64,000 nucleotides of DNA from Octopus sinensis. Its lineage: Eukaryota. The number at the start of each line of letters is the position of its first letter. Positions within the stretch are counted from its first letter, which is position 1. The notes below the pieces were generated by a model, which ran no database searches, was not told the origin of the DNA, and saw only the letters and a program-made list of their open reading frames with translations. A program made the position numbers and the translations under genes. The DNA is taken from positions 9,300,001-9,364,000 of the forward strand of contig NC_043026.1 in the NCBI RefSeq assembly GCF_006345805.1, given 5' to 3'. Below are positions 21,948-34,695 of the stretch, one piece after another.

Positions 21948-22760
21948 GGTGAATTGAAGAAATGGAGCTGAACGAAGATTGAACAGAAATCGTTTTATTT
22001 CATTCTACACGTGTTTCGAAAGGCACAATTTACCAAAATCCGATTGAATAAGGAGACCATATTGTGTCTTTCTCTTCAGGAAGAAATAGGAAATCCGTTG
22101 GAAAAAACAAAAACAGAACAGAGGCGGATCAAAACAAATCGAACTAGGCTCCTAAGAGCCCATGGCAAAACTGTTTATCAGTGTATGTTGAGAACCGGTG
22201 GTTGAAGATTTTAACGGGTCAGGCAGCGGTCATTCCTGTGGGTGAGGGTGTGTAGATGTTCTTTGTGACCGAGAATAAAGTTCTGACTATTTAAGGAATA
22301 TTGGATGTTTTATAAGGGGCGAGAAAAATCTACTTAGAGACAAGTGTGTGTTTACTGTTCTATATATGTGTGCTGGCGCAGGTTGGCAAGACCTCCGTCA
22401 AGCGGTAGAAAACATTTTATGTGTACGTGTGTGCGTTTGATCGCTCGGCTGTCAGTGGTTAAGCCGCTCTACACAATGGCTACTGCAGTAAGAACCGTTG
22501 GGTGGCAGAAAAAAATATATTATGTTTTATGTGTGCGTGTGTTCGTCTGATAAAGCCCTGTTTATCTTACAGGAGTAATTCCCCTTGCAGTGGTTAATCG
22601 TAATTATCTTAAAGGCTATTTCAGAATTTGTTACCAAGGGCTATGGGTGCAGGTATTATTTACCTCCAACCGTGCTGTCTTCTGCTGTGATTTTTGCTAC
22701 CAAGGTATCGGTCAAACTTTTGATTAATCTGCTACAAGATTATTCATCTTTCTATTTCAC
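21946..22760 (-). mobile_element. Penelope-like non-coding or degenerate insertion within a (TA)n microsatellite of the ZNF3 intron
   Basis: (TA)n on both sides (21905-21944, 22761-22790). The orthologous site in the ZNF9 intron (53546-53614) is an uninterrupted (TA)n. Carries a hammerhead motif. Confidence 0.7.
21996..22088 (-). ncRNA. Type-I hammerhead ribozyme, canonical core, all three stems paired
   Basis: UAUUUCUUC-CUGAAGA-GAAAG.A.CACAAU...AUUGUG.C.CUUUC-GAAA-CACGUG-UA-GAA(U)GAAAUA; predicted cleavage after GUA, between 22006 and 22005. Confidence 0.85.
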
Positions 22761-23028
22761 ATATATATATATATATATATATACATATATATTTCTTTTG
22801 TTTTTTACGGAATCCCACTTTTTGGTTATGGAGGATCCGATTCTGAGAAAACTTTTTTGAAAAATCGCATTTTCAAAATTTCATTTACCACCAGCCTCTT
22901 CACTTTTCACTTGAAAAAAAACAAACAAACATATTTTTGCCCTTAAAAACGGTGGGAGAAACATTTTCGGTAACAAAAAAATAAAATATTGTAAATATTT
23001 TCAAAGGAAAAAGTGTGATTTAAGGGAG

Positions 23029-23289
23029 ATTTGGCTGTTGTTTCTAGCAGATCCTAAGACAACCCTCCTCGTTTCACTTTCCCATCTTTTGAAGTTTTTC
23101 TCTTCATAAACACATTTATGATTTTTTTACAACCCTATTCTTCGCCCCTGGTTGCTTCTGTTTACGATTTAAAATATCGGTGAGTCTGAGGCCGTTTCTG
23201 GCATTTATCCACAGTAAAAACACAAGAAACGTGGGAAAATGATGGAAAGTGTAGAAGGTAGCCTCCATAGCTAGAAATAGCAGCCAAAT
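23029..23289. repeat. MITE-like segment with 20-bp imperfect inverted ends in B-type intron 1 (also ~42458-42719, ~53854-54115)
   Basis: atttggctgttgtttctagc (23029-23048) versus gctagaaatagcagccaaat (23270-23289). Confidence 0.4.
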
Positions 23290-23347
23290 GTCGCACAAAT
23301 CAAAGGACATCTGAGACAGGAAGTATTTAGAAATTAAATAGTTTAAT

Positions 23348-23520
23348 ACTTACGGAAATGTCTTTATAAAGGATGGTGTTGTTGTTAGAAGTGCGTCAGG
23401 TGGTTGAGAAATGTATTATAAATGTGTTTGGGAGTGAATTGAGAGAAATTCCGACTGAAATCAAGTTTGTTAAAATGAAGGAATTTAGGCGGAAATACGC
23501 TTAGTGCGCATGCGTATGAA
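23348..23520 (-). promoter_or_regulatory. Putative ZNF3 promoter and non-coding exon 1 (B-type)
   Basis: tgcgcatgcgta at 23505-23516; acttac|ggaaatg (donor, reverse complement) at 23348-23353; ~100-nt block nearly identical to 10510-10620. Confidence 0.65.
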
Positions 23521-23682
23521 ATACTGGTTTTTCTTCTTTTTTTCTTTTGTTTTTTAAAGATTTTGGTAGAAAACCAGAAATTTCGGGGAGGGTCAAGTGT
23601 CAGTCGATTTCATGGACCCGAGTAGTCAACTGGTATTTATTTTATTGAACCCTAGCAGAAAAATGTGAAAGGCAAAGTTTAT

Positions 23683-24120
23683 GGATCTTTTCTGTTTGAA
23701 CGGCAGTTTTTAACATAATTTCTAGGTAACTAAAAAGTTTTAAACTTCGTATACTGGTAGAATGTGTTACATAAAACATCTTTTCCTCTTGGCTTTATTG
23801 AGAAAATTCTGTAGTTTGTAAGATATTTCGTCTTTAATTTCAAGCATTTCGGCAATTTCAACCAATCACTCACGTCTATTGAGGTAAAAAAACATTCTGT
23901 GCCGTATGAATATGTCCCTCGTTTAAGAAACAGATTGGGGATCTTTTGTTTGAACGGCAGTTTTTAACATAATTTCTAGGTAACTAAAAAGTTTTAAACT
24001 TCGTATACTGGTAGAATGTGTTACATAAAACATCTTTTCCTCTTGGCTTTATTGAGAAAATTCTGTAGTTTGTAACATGTTTGTAAGATATTTGTAAGAT
24101 ATTTTCTTCAACGGCCGTTT
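23683..24120 (+). repeat. Interspersed repeat (same family as 1040-1260), internally duplicated, between divergent B and A promoters
   Basis: ggatcttttctgtttgaacggcag...ttttaaacttcgtatactggtagaatgtgttac occurs at 23683 and 23938. Confidence 0.7.
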
Positions 24121-24339
24121 TTCTACAGATACAGTAAATAGGTGTTCTACGAAAACGCGATAGTTTGCCAAAATCGTATTCTATATCGATGATATCAGAA
24201 TCCGAAAACATTTTTGGGACCCCCCCCCCCCACCAAAAAAAAACACCCAGACATCGGTGGGGTGCACGTGTTGTGCCTACATCGATATTTATGTATATAT
24301 GCGTAAATTACGACGAGGTCGACTTTGCCTTTAATATCT

Positions 24340-24643
24340 TTGCTGGGGCGGGACACAATAAAATAAATACTAGTTGTCTACTGAGGTCCAGGTAAGCGAC
24401 TTAGCCCCCCCCCCAACACTTCCGCCGATATTGCTGGCGTTGTGCCAAAATTTGAAACCAATATTTCATACGCATGCGCACTAAACGTACGTCCGTCTCC
24501 ATTCATTACGTTACGACAAACATTTGAAGTCTGGTGCCAGAATTTCTCTCAATTCACTCCCAAACACATTTGTAATAGATTTCTCAACCACCTGACGCAC
24601 ATCTAACAACAACACCATCCTTTATAAAGACATTTCCGTAAGT
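24340..24643 (+). promoter_or_regulatory. Putative ZNF4 promoter and non-coding exon 1 (A-type)
   Basis: GC box at 24345, tacgcatgcgca at 24469-24480, donor gtaagt at 24638-24643; acceptor at 26774/26775. Confidence 0.65.
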
Positions 24644-27130
24644 ATTAAACAACGAAAGCATTTAATCTTTTAATACTTTGGTGTCTCAGATGTCCTTTGA
24701 TCTGTTCCACATTTGGCTGCTATTTCTAGCTATGGCGGCAACCTCCTACACGCTCCATCGTTTCTTCTTTAAGTTTGTTTGTTGTGTGTTTTAGGTGGAG
24801 AAATGTTCTTAAAATAAACTCCAACCACAGAAATGCTGAGAATCCAATGCTTTATTATAATTTATCGAACCCTTGTTTCTTGATATAAGGTAAGGGACAT
24901 AATTAGTAAGCGGGGCAAAATGAGTATTTTCCCGTTTCTTATAATTTGTTTGAATTTCTTATTTTTGTGAGTATTGCTGCATTATATTTTAGGACTGGGG
25001 ATGGCGGCGAGCTGGCAGAAGGGTTAACACCCGGGCGAAATGCGTGGACGTATTTCGTCTGCCGTTACGTTCTGAGTTCAAATTCCGCCGAGGTCGACTT
25101 TGCCTTTCATCCTTTCGGAGTCGATATAATCGACTTAATCCGTTTTTCTGGCCTTGTTTGTCCCCTCAGTGTGTAGCCCCTTGTGGTGAGTAAAGAAATA
25201 TATATTTAGGACTGGGAATTTGTCCTTATAGTTGTTGGAGTTGCAGGTCCTTTTTATTGTCAAGAAATTTTCCCTCAACTCTCAACCCGATAATAATCGA
25301 GGTTACTAATAAATTATCTGGATGATGTTCGGTGTTTAACCATCAATATTCTTCTCTCTCTTAGATTCCGGATCAATTTTTACCCCCCGTTTAGTGTCTA
25401 ATTTGGTAATTTTCAATTATCACAAATCATGACTAAGATGGGGCAAAATGAGTAATGACTACTTTCAATAATCTCTTGTTAGTGGATGGAAGCTCTCCGT
25501 CTGTAACGACGATGAGCACTCCACAAACACGTGTACCCTTAACGTAGTTCTCGGGGACATTCAGCGTGACACAGAGAGTGACAAGGCCGGCCCTTTGAAA
25601 TACAGGTACAACAGAAACAGGAAGTAAGAGTAAGAGAACGTTGTGGTGAAAGAGTACAGCAGGGATCACCACCATCCCCTGCCGGAGCCTCGTGGAACTT
25701 TAGGTGTTTTCGCTCAATAAACACTCACAACGCCCGGTCTGGGAATCGAAACCGTAATCCTACGACCGCGAGTCCGCTGCCCTAACCACGAAGAGATCTT
25801 GAAGAAACTGTTGATGATATTTTATGTTGATTTTTTCACCCCATTTATTCGATATTCATTAATTTCACATCATTTGCAATTTTCTCTGATTCTCTTTCAT
25901 TTGAATTCGATACTTGAATAGCTTTTTGCATTTCTGATCTTTAAGATGTCGAAGGATAGATATTGATGTGTTTGAGTATTTGTTTTCAAATGTAATTCTG
26001 GATAATTTGAAGAGACAATTTCACCTTTTCTTGCCTCTGCCAAATTTCTCTTTCTACACACTCATAGAGAACAATGATAATTTCCTGAAATACTGATTCT
26101 GTTATAATGTTTTCAATGCATTCAGGGAAGGCCATTTGCTGAGCTGATAAACTTTTTGTAATCATTCGTGGAATCTCCTCATGGGGCAAAATGAGTAATG
26201 ACTATTTCCAATAATTTTTTCTCTTTATGGAGTTAAAGAGAAGAAATTGTGAGCTGTTAGGTAACTAGTCACAGACATACATTTTCTTCAATATCCTCTG
26301 GCCTTGTGAATGGATTTGGGAGATGGAAACTGAAGGAAGCCCAATATATATGTGTGAGTGGGTGGGTGTGTTGTCCTCCCACCCCTTCAACACTTGACAA
26401 ACAGTGTTGGTGTGTTTATGTCCCCATAAACTTGTGGTTTGGCAAAAGTGGCTGATAGAATAAGTGCTAAGCTGAAAAAATAAGTCCTAGCATTGATTCT
26501 ATTGACTGAAGCCTTTAAAGTTGGTGCTCCAGCATGACCACAGTCAAAACAACTGAAACCAGTAAAAAAGTGTGTGTGTATTTATGAATGTGGAGCTGGA
26601 GTTTAGAAATATTTTAGCTTCAAACAGGATTTTGTGATGTAAATACTAATAAATTAGAAAGTTCTGTTGTTCAGTTAAATGTTTATTTCTAGAGTTTATC
26701 TTTATGGAAATGTTGAATCTGTATTTTTTTAAGTAGCCTCTATATCTTACACTGTTGTTTCTTTATTATTTCAGAATATCAGATGACATTGGCATAACTG
26801 AAGATACATTCTCATTATTTATCAATTTTTTAAAGACCAAAATGGAAATATCGTACAGAACAGATATATAAGATTGTTTCTATAAATCTTTGGTGGAATT
26901 CCTCTGATATATTTACTCTGAAATGTGTTATTAGCAAACCTTCTGGACATCACTGGCTGGAGTGTCTACAAGATGAGTCTGGTTGCAGATTGAACGTGGA
27001 TAAATTTAGTTGTTTTGTGACAAAGGTAACAGTGGCCAGAAATACAACAGTTAAAATATTTGTAAACAAAAGACTACAGAAGCAAAAAGAATAAAAAAAG
27101 AAGGTATATGGTGAAGTTGAAGGAAAAATA

Positions 27131-28135
27131 ATGGAAAAGAGTGAGAAAGTGAAGGAACAGATTTTACCAGAAGATAGCAAAAAAGAGAGACAAAAATTGT
27201 CACATGATTGTGATGTGTGTAAAAAGTCTTTCTCAAGAAAAGATAACTTAAATAGGCACAAACGTATTCATACAGGAGAGAAGCCATTTCACTGTGAAAT
27301 CTGTGGTAAATCATTTTCTGAAAGAAGTGCTTTAACTCCTCACAAACGTATTCATACAGGAGAGAAGCCATTTCCCTGTGATATTTGTGGTAAATCATTT
27401 TCTGGTAAAAGTGCTCTAACTTATCATAAACGTATTCATACAGGTGAGACGCCATTTCAGTGTGATAATTGTGGTAAATCATTCTCTCAACGAAGTGCTT
27501 TAACTCATCACAAACGTATTCATACAGGAGAAACACCATATTCCTGTAATATCTGTGGTAAATCATTTTCTGGTAAAAGTGCTCTAACTTATCATAAACT
27601 TATTCATACAGGAGAGAAGCCATTTCACTGTGATATTTGTGGTAAATCATTTGCTGTAAGGAGTTTCTTAACTAGTCACAGACATATCCATGCAGAAGAG
27701 AAGCCTTATCATTGTGGCATTTGTGGTAAATCATTCTCTCAAAGTGGCAACTTAACTGCTCATAAACGTCTCCATACAGGAGAGAAGCCATATCCCTGTG
27801 ATGTCTGTAACAAATCTTTCTCTGACAGTAGTAACCTAATTAGCCATAAACGTATTCATACAAGAGAAACACCATATTCTTGTGAAATCTGTGGTAAATC
27901 ATTCTCTCAAAGTGGCAACTTAGCTTCTCACAAACGTATTCATACAGGAGAGACACCATATCACTGTGATATCTGTGATAAATCATTCTCTCGCCAAAGT
28001 GCTTTCATTTCTCACAAACGTATTCATACAGGAGAGAAGCTATATCCTTGTGATATCTGTGGAAGGTCATTCACTCAACGTAGCAGCTTAACTTCTCACA
28101 AACGTGTTCATCAGGGGAAGAAGCAATCCCACTAA
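27131..28135 (+). CDS. ZNF4 (A-type): 334 aa, 11 C2H2 fingers
   Basis: Intact ORF, 26 + 28x11. Confidence 0.95.
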   Translation: MEKSEKVKEQILPEDSKKERQKLSHDCDVCKKSFSRKDNLNRHKRIHTGEKPFHCEICGKSFSERSALTPHKRIHTGEKPFPCDICGKSFSGKSALTYHKRIHTGETPFQCDNCGKSFSQRSALTHHKRIHTGETPYSCNICGKSFSGKSALTYHKLIHTGEKPFHCDICGKSFAVRSFLTSHRHIHAEEKPYHCGICGKSFSQSGNLTAHKRLHTGEKPYPCDVCNKSFSDSSNLISHKRIHTRETPYSCEICGKSFSQSGNLASHKRIHTGETPYHCDICDKSFSRQSAFISHKRIHTGEKLYPCDICGRSFTQRSSLTSHKRVHQGKKQSH

Positions 28136-28343
28136 TATTTGCGCTAAATCATAATCTCTAAGGGGTTACTGAAACCCTTTACCATGCAGGTTATTCTGCA
28201 GATTGAACGTGGATAAATTTAGTTGTTTTGTGACAAAGGTAACAGTGGCCAGAAATACAACAGTTGAAATATTTGTAAACAAAAGACTACAGAAGCAAAA
28301 AGAATAATAAAAGAAGGTATATTGTGAAGTTGAAGGAAAAATA

Positions 28344-29516
28344 ATGGAAAAGAGTCAGAAAGTGAAGGAACAGATTTTACCAGAAGTTAGCAAAAAAGAG
28401 AGACAAAAATTGTCACATGACTGTGATGTGTGTAAAAAGTCTTTCTCACAAAAAGGTAACTTAAATAGGCACAACCGTATTCATACAGGAGAGAAGCCAT
28501 TTCACTGTGAAATCTGTGGTAAATCATTCTCTCAAAGAAGTGCTTTAACTCCTCACAAACGTATTCATACAGGAGAGAAACCATATTCCTGTAATATCTG
28601 TGGTAAATTATTTTCTGGTAAAAGTGCTCTAACTTATCATAAACGTATTCATACAGGAGAGAACCCATTTCAGTGTGATATTTGTGGTAAATCATTTGCT
28701 GTAAGCAGTTTCTTAACTCGTCACAGACATATCCATGCAGAAGAGAAGCCTTATCATTGTGGCATTTGTGGTAAATCATTCCTTTCAGCCATACACGTCA
28801 CTAGACACAAGCGTATTCATACGGGAGAGAAGCCATTTCACTGTGACATCTGTGGTAAAACATTCTCTCGAAAAGATCACTTGACTTTACACAAACATAT
28901 TCATACAGGAGAGAAACCATATCAGTGCAACATCTGTAACAAATCTTTCTCTGATAGAAGGAACCTAACTACTCATAAACGTATTCATACAGGAGAGACA
29001 CCATTTCACTGTGAAATCTGTGGTAAATCATTCTCTCAAAGTTGCAACTTAGCTACTCACAAACGTCTTCATACTGGAGAGAAGCCATATCACTGTGATA
29101 TCTGTGGTAAATCATTCACCGTGAGTTCTAACTTAACTGGACACAGACGTATTCATACAGGAGAAACACCATATTCTTGTGATATCTGTGGTAAATTATT
29201 CTCTCAAAAAATTTATTTGACTTTACACAAACGTATTCATACAGGAGAGACACCATTTCACTGTGAAATCTGTGGTAAATCATTCTCTCAAAGTTGCAAC
29301 TTAACTACTCACAAACGTCTTCATACAGGAGAGAAGCCATATCACTGTGATATCTGTGGTAAATCATTCTCTCACCAAAGTGCTTTCATTTCTCACAAAC
29401 GTATCCATACAGGAGAGAAGCTATATCCTTGTGATATCTGTGGAAGGTCATTTACTCAACATAGCAGCTTAACTTCTCACAAATGTGTTCATCAGGGGAA
29501 GAAGCAATCCCACTAA
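28344..29516 (+). CDS. ZNF5 (A-type): 390 aa, 13 fingers; tandem copy starting 62 nt after the ZNF4 stop, without its own promoter
   Basis: Intact ORF, 26 + 28x13. Junction at ~28197 gttattctg|cagattgaacgtgg fuses the A 3' flank to the A 5' UTR. Confidence 0.9.
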   Translation: MEKSQKVKEQILPEVSKKERQKLSHDCDVCKKSFSQKGNLNRHNRIHTGEKPFHCEICGKSFSQRSALTPHKRIHTGEKPYSCNICGKLFSGKSALTYHKRIHTGENPFQCDICGKSFAVSSFLTRHRHIHAEEKPYHCGICGKSFLSAIHVTRHKRIHTGEKPFHCDICGKTFSRKDHLTLHKHIHTGEKPYQCNICNKSFSDRRNLTTHKRIHTGETPFHCEICGKSFSQSCNLATHKRLHTGEKPYHCDICGKSFTVSSNLTGHRRIHTGETPYSCDICGKLFSQKIYLTLHKRIHTGETPFHCEICGKSFSQSCNLTTHKRLHTGEKPYHCDICGKSFSHQSAFISHKRIHTGEKLYPCDICGRSFTQHSSLTSHKCVHQGKKQSH

Positions 29517-29950
29517 TATTTGCGCTAAATCATAATCTCTAAGGGATTACCGGAACCCTTTACCATGCAGGTTATTCTGTCTAATGTGATGTTTATTTAC
29601 TCACATTATTTTCAATTTGTCATGCATTAACTCACAGCTTTCAAGTTTTGATGATGTGGTTGTGTATTTTCAGAATGGCATCGTATGGTAGGTGCAAGAG
29701 GCTGAGTCTGGCTATGTGCTATGTTAAAGGGATGTATTGATAAAGGTTTAGTAAAATTTTATCAATTAGAAAAAAGATATTTAATTTTAATTCTCAAATT
29801 TTTATCAATTTTTGCGTGACATTAAAGGGACATTACTCATATATGAACTTAGGCGCACACACACACACAGACACAGGAGACAAAAGACAATACAAAGAGT
29901 TTTCAAATTGAGTAAACAGGAGTAGTTGTGTGGTAAGTAGCTTGCTTCCC

Positions 29951-31320
29951 TTTGTCGGAGACGGACGTGTTTGTTTTTGGCGGAGAGTTCTTGCTGCTTG
30001 ATGTCACGTCTTTCGTCGTGAAATATTGAACTTTGAGGCTCGACTACAGGTAGGCGTTTGTCGTATTTTTTGAGGGTTTAGTGGAGTTTGTTGCCCTGTA
30101 TTTAATATTTTTTGGTGAGTAATAGACTCCACTCTGCTCCAGACATTTGCCTGCCTGTGGCCGCCTATAAAGACTCACTTTGCAGTGAGAATTGTGTTTT
30201 CGAGGAGGCGTAGCCCCTCCGCAAAAATTATCTTCGTGTCTGTGGATTACCAAGGCAGGAAGGACTGTTTTTGCAAGGTGGAGGTGAGTGTTTTGGCTCT
30301 GGCCAATTACAAGAAAAAAGAACAAAAACAGAGAAGGTTGTCGAGACCAGTGATTTTGTTTTATCTGAGCTGGGTGTAATTTGTTATATTGTTATTTTTT
30401 GTTAACAAATTTCGCCTGCTCTCGGTGGCTGCTGTTTTGTGAATTTAGTGGGAATATTTTGGATTCATAAAAAAAAAAAAAAACAGTGGAGGGACGTATC
30501 CTCGCCCAAATGATTAGAACCTGTTGCAGTTACCGTTGGCTGTAGCCAGTATTGTGTTTGGATTTCTTTTACCAATTACGGGTAAAGACGATTCATACCA
30601 AGGAACCTATGTACATTTGGCCAGGAGTACCTTTTCGGCCGAAAATTAATTTATTTCTTTGCCTTTCGTTTATTTAAAAGAATAAAAGAACTCTTTTTTG
30701 AACTGTTATTTTTTATTTTATTTCTTCCCTTCTTTTTTTGTGTCTTGTTTTATTTTCTTACATTTTGAACTGTAATTGAACTTTGTGTTGAAATGGCAAA
30801 GGAATTTCTTGTGTGGGACTTGACACCTCCCCAAAAATGGTGAAAAGAGCTTGAAAGGAAGACGGTGGTGTTGAGGACTTATTCAAAGTCGCTCAACACC
30901 ATAGCCGTCTTCCCGAGGGCCACAATTTTGAATGAGCTGGCAGATTACATGCCAGCCATTAAATTTATTTCACGGGGTGTCAAATATGCAACGGTCTGGT
31001 TGCTGTTTGACTACCCCCAAGAAGCTTGCGATTTTGCAAGTCAGCTCCTCGAGGGCGAGGAAATAATGTTTCTTCCAAGCTACTGTGGAAAGAAATTGTT
31101 GAAAGCTTGGATCTGCGGTTTGCCAGCCGGAGTTGAGCCCGAGTGGATAGAGGACTCTATCCGCCGGGGTCTGGGTGGTAGCAGTACCATGCTGCTTAAT
31201 GTGAAAGTGTTGCCTGCAGCTGATTGGGAGGGGTCAAAAGCTGTTTTGACCCTATGGACCCAATCAGCCGAAAGTCTGGTCTTTCCAGATTTTTTGAGGA
31301 TGGCCGGGTCTAAATGGTGT
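29951..31320 (+). mobile_element. Tx1/L1-like LINE family B: 5' UTR + ORF1 N-terminal part (one in-frame stop), 3'-truncated
   Basis: ORF1 from ATG 30793: MAKEFLVWDLTPPQKW*KELERKTVVLRTY..LADYMPAIKFISRGVKYATVWLLF..EIMFLPSYCG aligns with ORF1 of the LINE at 34696-37757 (ETEKRAVVYKTF..LAPIWTDIVYISRGQAYSSVEVQF..EVVLLPTYMG). S3 head at 29917-29950. Confidence 0.75.
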
Positions 31321-32715
31321 TTCTTCACTTGCCACCTGCACAGGAGTCAGTCCAGCGGTCCTGGCAACTGCCGGGTGCCAGTCATAAGATTGGTTCAATT
31401 TCGATTTCTTTGTTATATTTAAAATAATTGAAAGAAACACAGAGCATCTCAAAATAAATACTGTAACGAAAGGGTTAATCTTGCATCATCTTTGTTTGTA
31501 TTTCTCTCATCTTTTATCAAATTCAATGATATGATTGCGGCCGACCTGGAGCAATGCCACAAAGAAATTTTAGTCAAATGAATCGACCCCAGTACTTATT
31601 CTTTTGCTAAGCCTGGTGCTTATTCTATCAGTCTCTTTTGCTGAACAGCTAAGTTACAGGGACGTAAACGCACCAGCATCAGTCGTCAAGCAATACTGGG
31701 AGATCAACATCGAAGACATACATATAATGAGTGTTGGTTATATCCAGCCTCATCCAGTTGCTCTTAATCTTGCATTGTCTAAAAATGGCCATTGTCTCAT
31801 GTGTGTCTGTGTTGGTGTTTCTTTCATCTTTTACTTGTTTCAGTCATTTGATTGCATCCATAGTGGGGGGCACCGCCCAGAAGAAATTTCAGTTGAATGA
31901 ATCGACCGCAATACTTATTTTTCTTTTTTAATTAAATCTAGTGCTTATTCTAATGGCCCCTTTTGCTGAACAGCCAAGATATGAAGATGTAAACACACCA
32001 ACACCAGTTGTCATGAAATACTGGGAGACAGACACAGACACATATACATACACACTTATATATACAGAGTGTTGGTTATGAGTTTTGCTTGCGAGTTAAC
32101 CGTGGCTGGTTCATCTTGATGTAGCTGTGTGTTGGTTATGCATTCACTGGTCTAGTCTGTCTGCCTGGAGTTACCGAATACAAAAGAATGACAAGAAGAA
32201 CCAGGTAAATTCAATGCAACTGTTATTTATTACAACCCCTTATAAAAATACATGGCAAATGTCTTACATATTGTGAAGTAACAGGTTTGGCAAGTTTTAA
32301 CGAACTCTATCTGGAACAGTGGGAGTTGTATCACAGTTGAAATTCTGTAGCATCTTCCTGGTTTGTTTCTGTGTGTTGGGCAGCATCTTTTGTTGTGATC
32401 TGTCCGTTGCTGTAGAGGAAGTACAAGTTTACCAGGCCAGAGAGAGAGAGAGATCAGGAATGAAGACAGAAACGGGTGTGCCGCCACAAAGGAGACACAT
32501 GGTTACCCAGCCTGAGGGAAATGCAGGAGGAGATAGAGGGTGGGAGACAACACGATGGAGATAGTGGCAAAATGATGGGCGTATTCAATAGGGAGGGGGA
32601 TCAGAATGTAAATGGGGATAGTTGAGTAAAGGAAGAGGGAGATATAGATGGTGGCAAGGGTTAGGCCATACTCTTGAGGTTCAAACGTCATAATATAAGG
32701 GACAGGATACTGCAA

Positions 32716-33090
32716 AGGCGACGAGCTGGCAGAAACATTAGACGCTACGTTCTGAGTTCAAATTCTGCCGAGGTCGACTTTGCCTTACATCATTTCGGGG
32801 TCGTTTAAATAAGTACCAGTTACACACTGGGGTCGATGTAATTGACTTAATCCGTTTGTTTGTCCGCTCTGTGTTTAGCCCCTTGTGGGTAGTAAAGAAA
32901 TAGGTATTTCGTCTGCCGCGACGTTCTGAGTTCAAATTCCGCCGAGGTTGACTTTGCCTTTCATCCTTTCGGGGTCGATAAATTAAGTACAAGTTACGCA
33001 CTGGGGTCAATGTAATCGACTTAATCCCTTTGTCTGTCCTTGTTTGTCCTCTCTGTGTTTAGCCCCTTGTGGGTAGTAAAGGAATAGGGT
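32716..33090 (+). mobile_element. S1 SINE dimer (paralogs 49107-49472, 17735-17875, 62678-62782)
   Basis: ggcgacgagctggcagaa head followed by two body units. Confidence 0.8.
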
Positions 33091-34005
33091 ACTGCAAAGG
33101 AAGCATGATTAGAGTGTAGGAGGTGTTGAGTGATGACAACCTGGGTATTATATAGGGTCAGGGTGCTACCGGATAGCAATGATACAGAGGAACAGCACCA
33201 TGAGGGCAGGATTGGGGGAGTGAGAGGTAGGCATAGTGTATGGAAGGAATGTGAAGAAGAGATGTAGATTGGTTTGTTGGGGGTAGGGTGTGTAAAAAGT
33301 TTTCTTGTTACATGTGGGTGGAAGACATAGGTTGAGGGCAAGCCAGTAGCAATAATACAGTAAGACAGGGAATGGGGGTGGAACATACAGGTCAGGACTA
33401 GCGGAGAGCAATGCTACAGTGAGACAGGGCAGGACTGTATTTAAAATATCCGATCGTGGCCGTCTGCCAGCCTCGTCTGGCACCTGTGCAGGTGGCACAT
33501 AAACGCAGCCACTACACTCACAGAGTGGTTGGCATTAGGAAGGGCATCCAGCTGTAGAAACACTGCCAGATCAGACAAGAGCCTGGTGCAGCCTACAGGC
33601 TTCCCAGACCCCAGTTGAACTGTCCAACCCATGCTAGCATGGAAAACGGACGTTAAATGATGATGATGAAATATTTTCAATGGCAGTCAATAATGGCCCC
33701 TTATGGTCCTTGTGAGAAGTAAGAAGTGTTGGTACATCTAGTGTCCACTCTTTAGAATTTAAACCAGCCATATCTGGCCCAAATATTCTACCTATTTTAT
33801 GATCAAACTAGTCAGAGTCGGCTTCTTACACCTACCCTACAATGTCATTGTGAAAATACACAATCATATCATCAAAATTTGAAAGCTGTGGGTTAATGCA
33901 GGACAAATTGAAAATAATGTGAATAAATAACCCTCACATTCGACAGAATAATCTGCATGGTAAAGGGTTCAGTCACCCCTTACAGATTATGATTTAGCAC
34001 AAATA

Positions 34006-34695
<690 letters not shown>

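Larger units (their letters stand above)
10157..23990. repeat. Segmental duplication unit U1 (A-promoter > ZNF2(+) ... ZNF3(-) < B-promoter); homologous units U2 24186-34695, U3 43250-54769, U4 ~58350-63347
   Basis: Colinear high-identity blocks, e.g. 10157 atcgatgatatcagaatcc matches 24186. The A intron, A 3' flank, intergenic block and B 3' flank recur in all four units. Confidence 0.9.
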
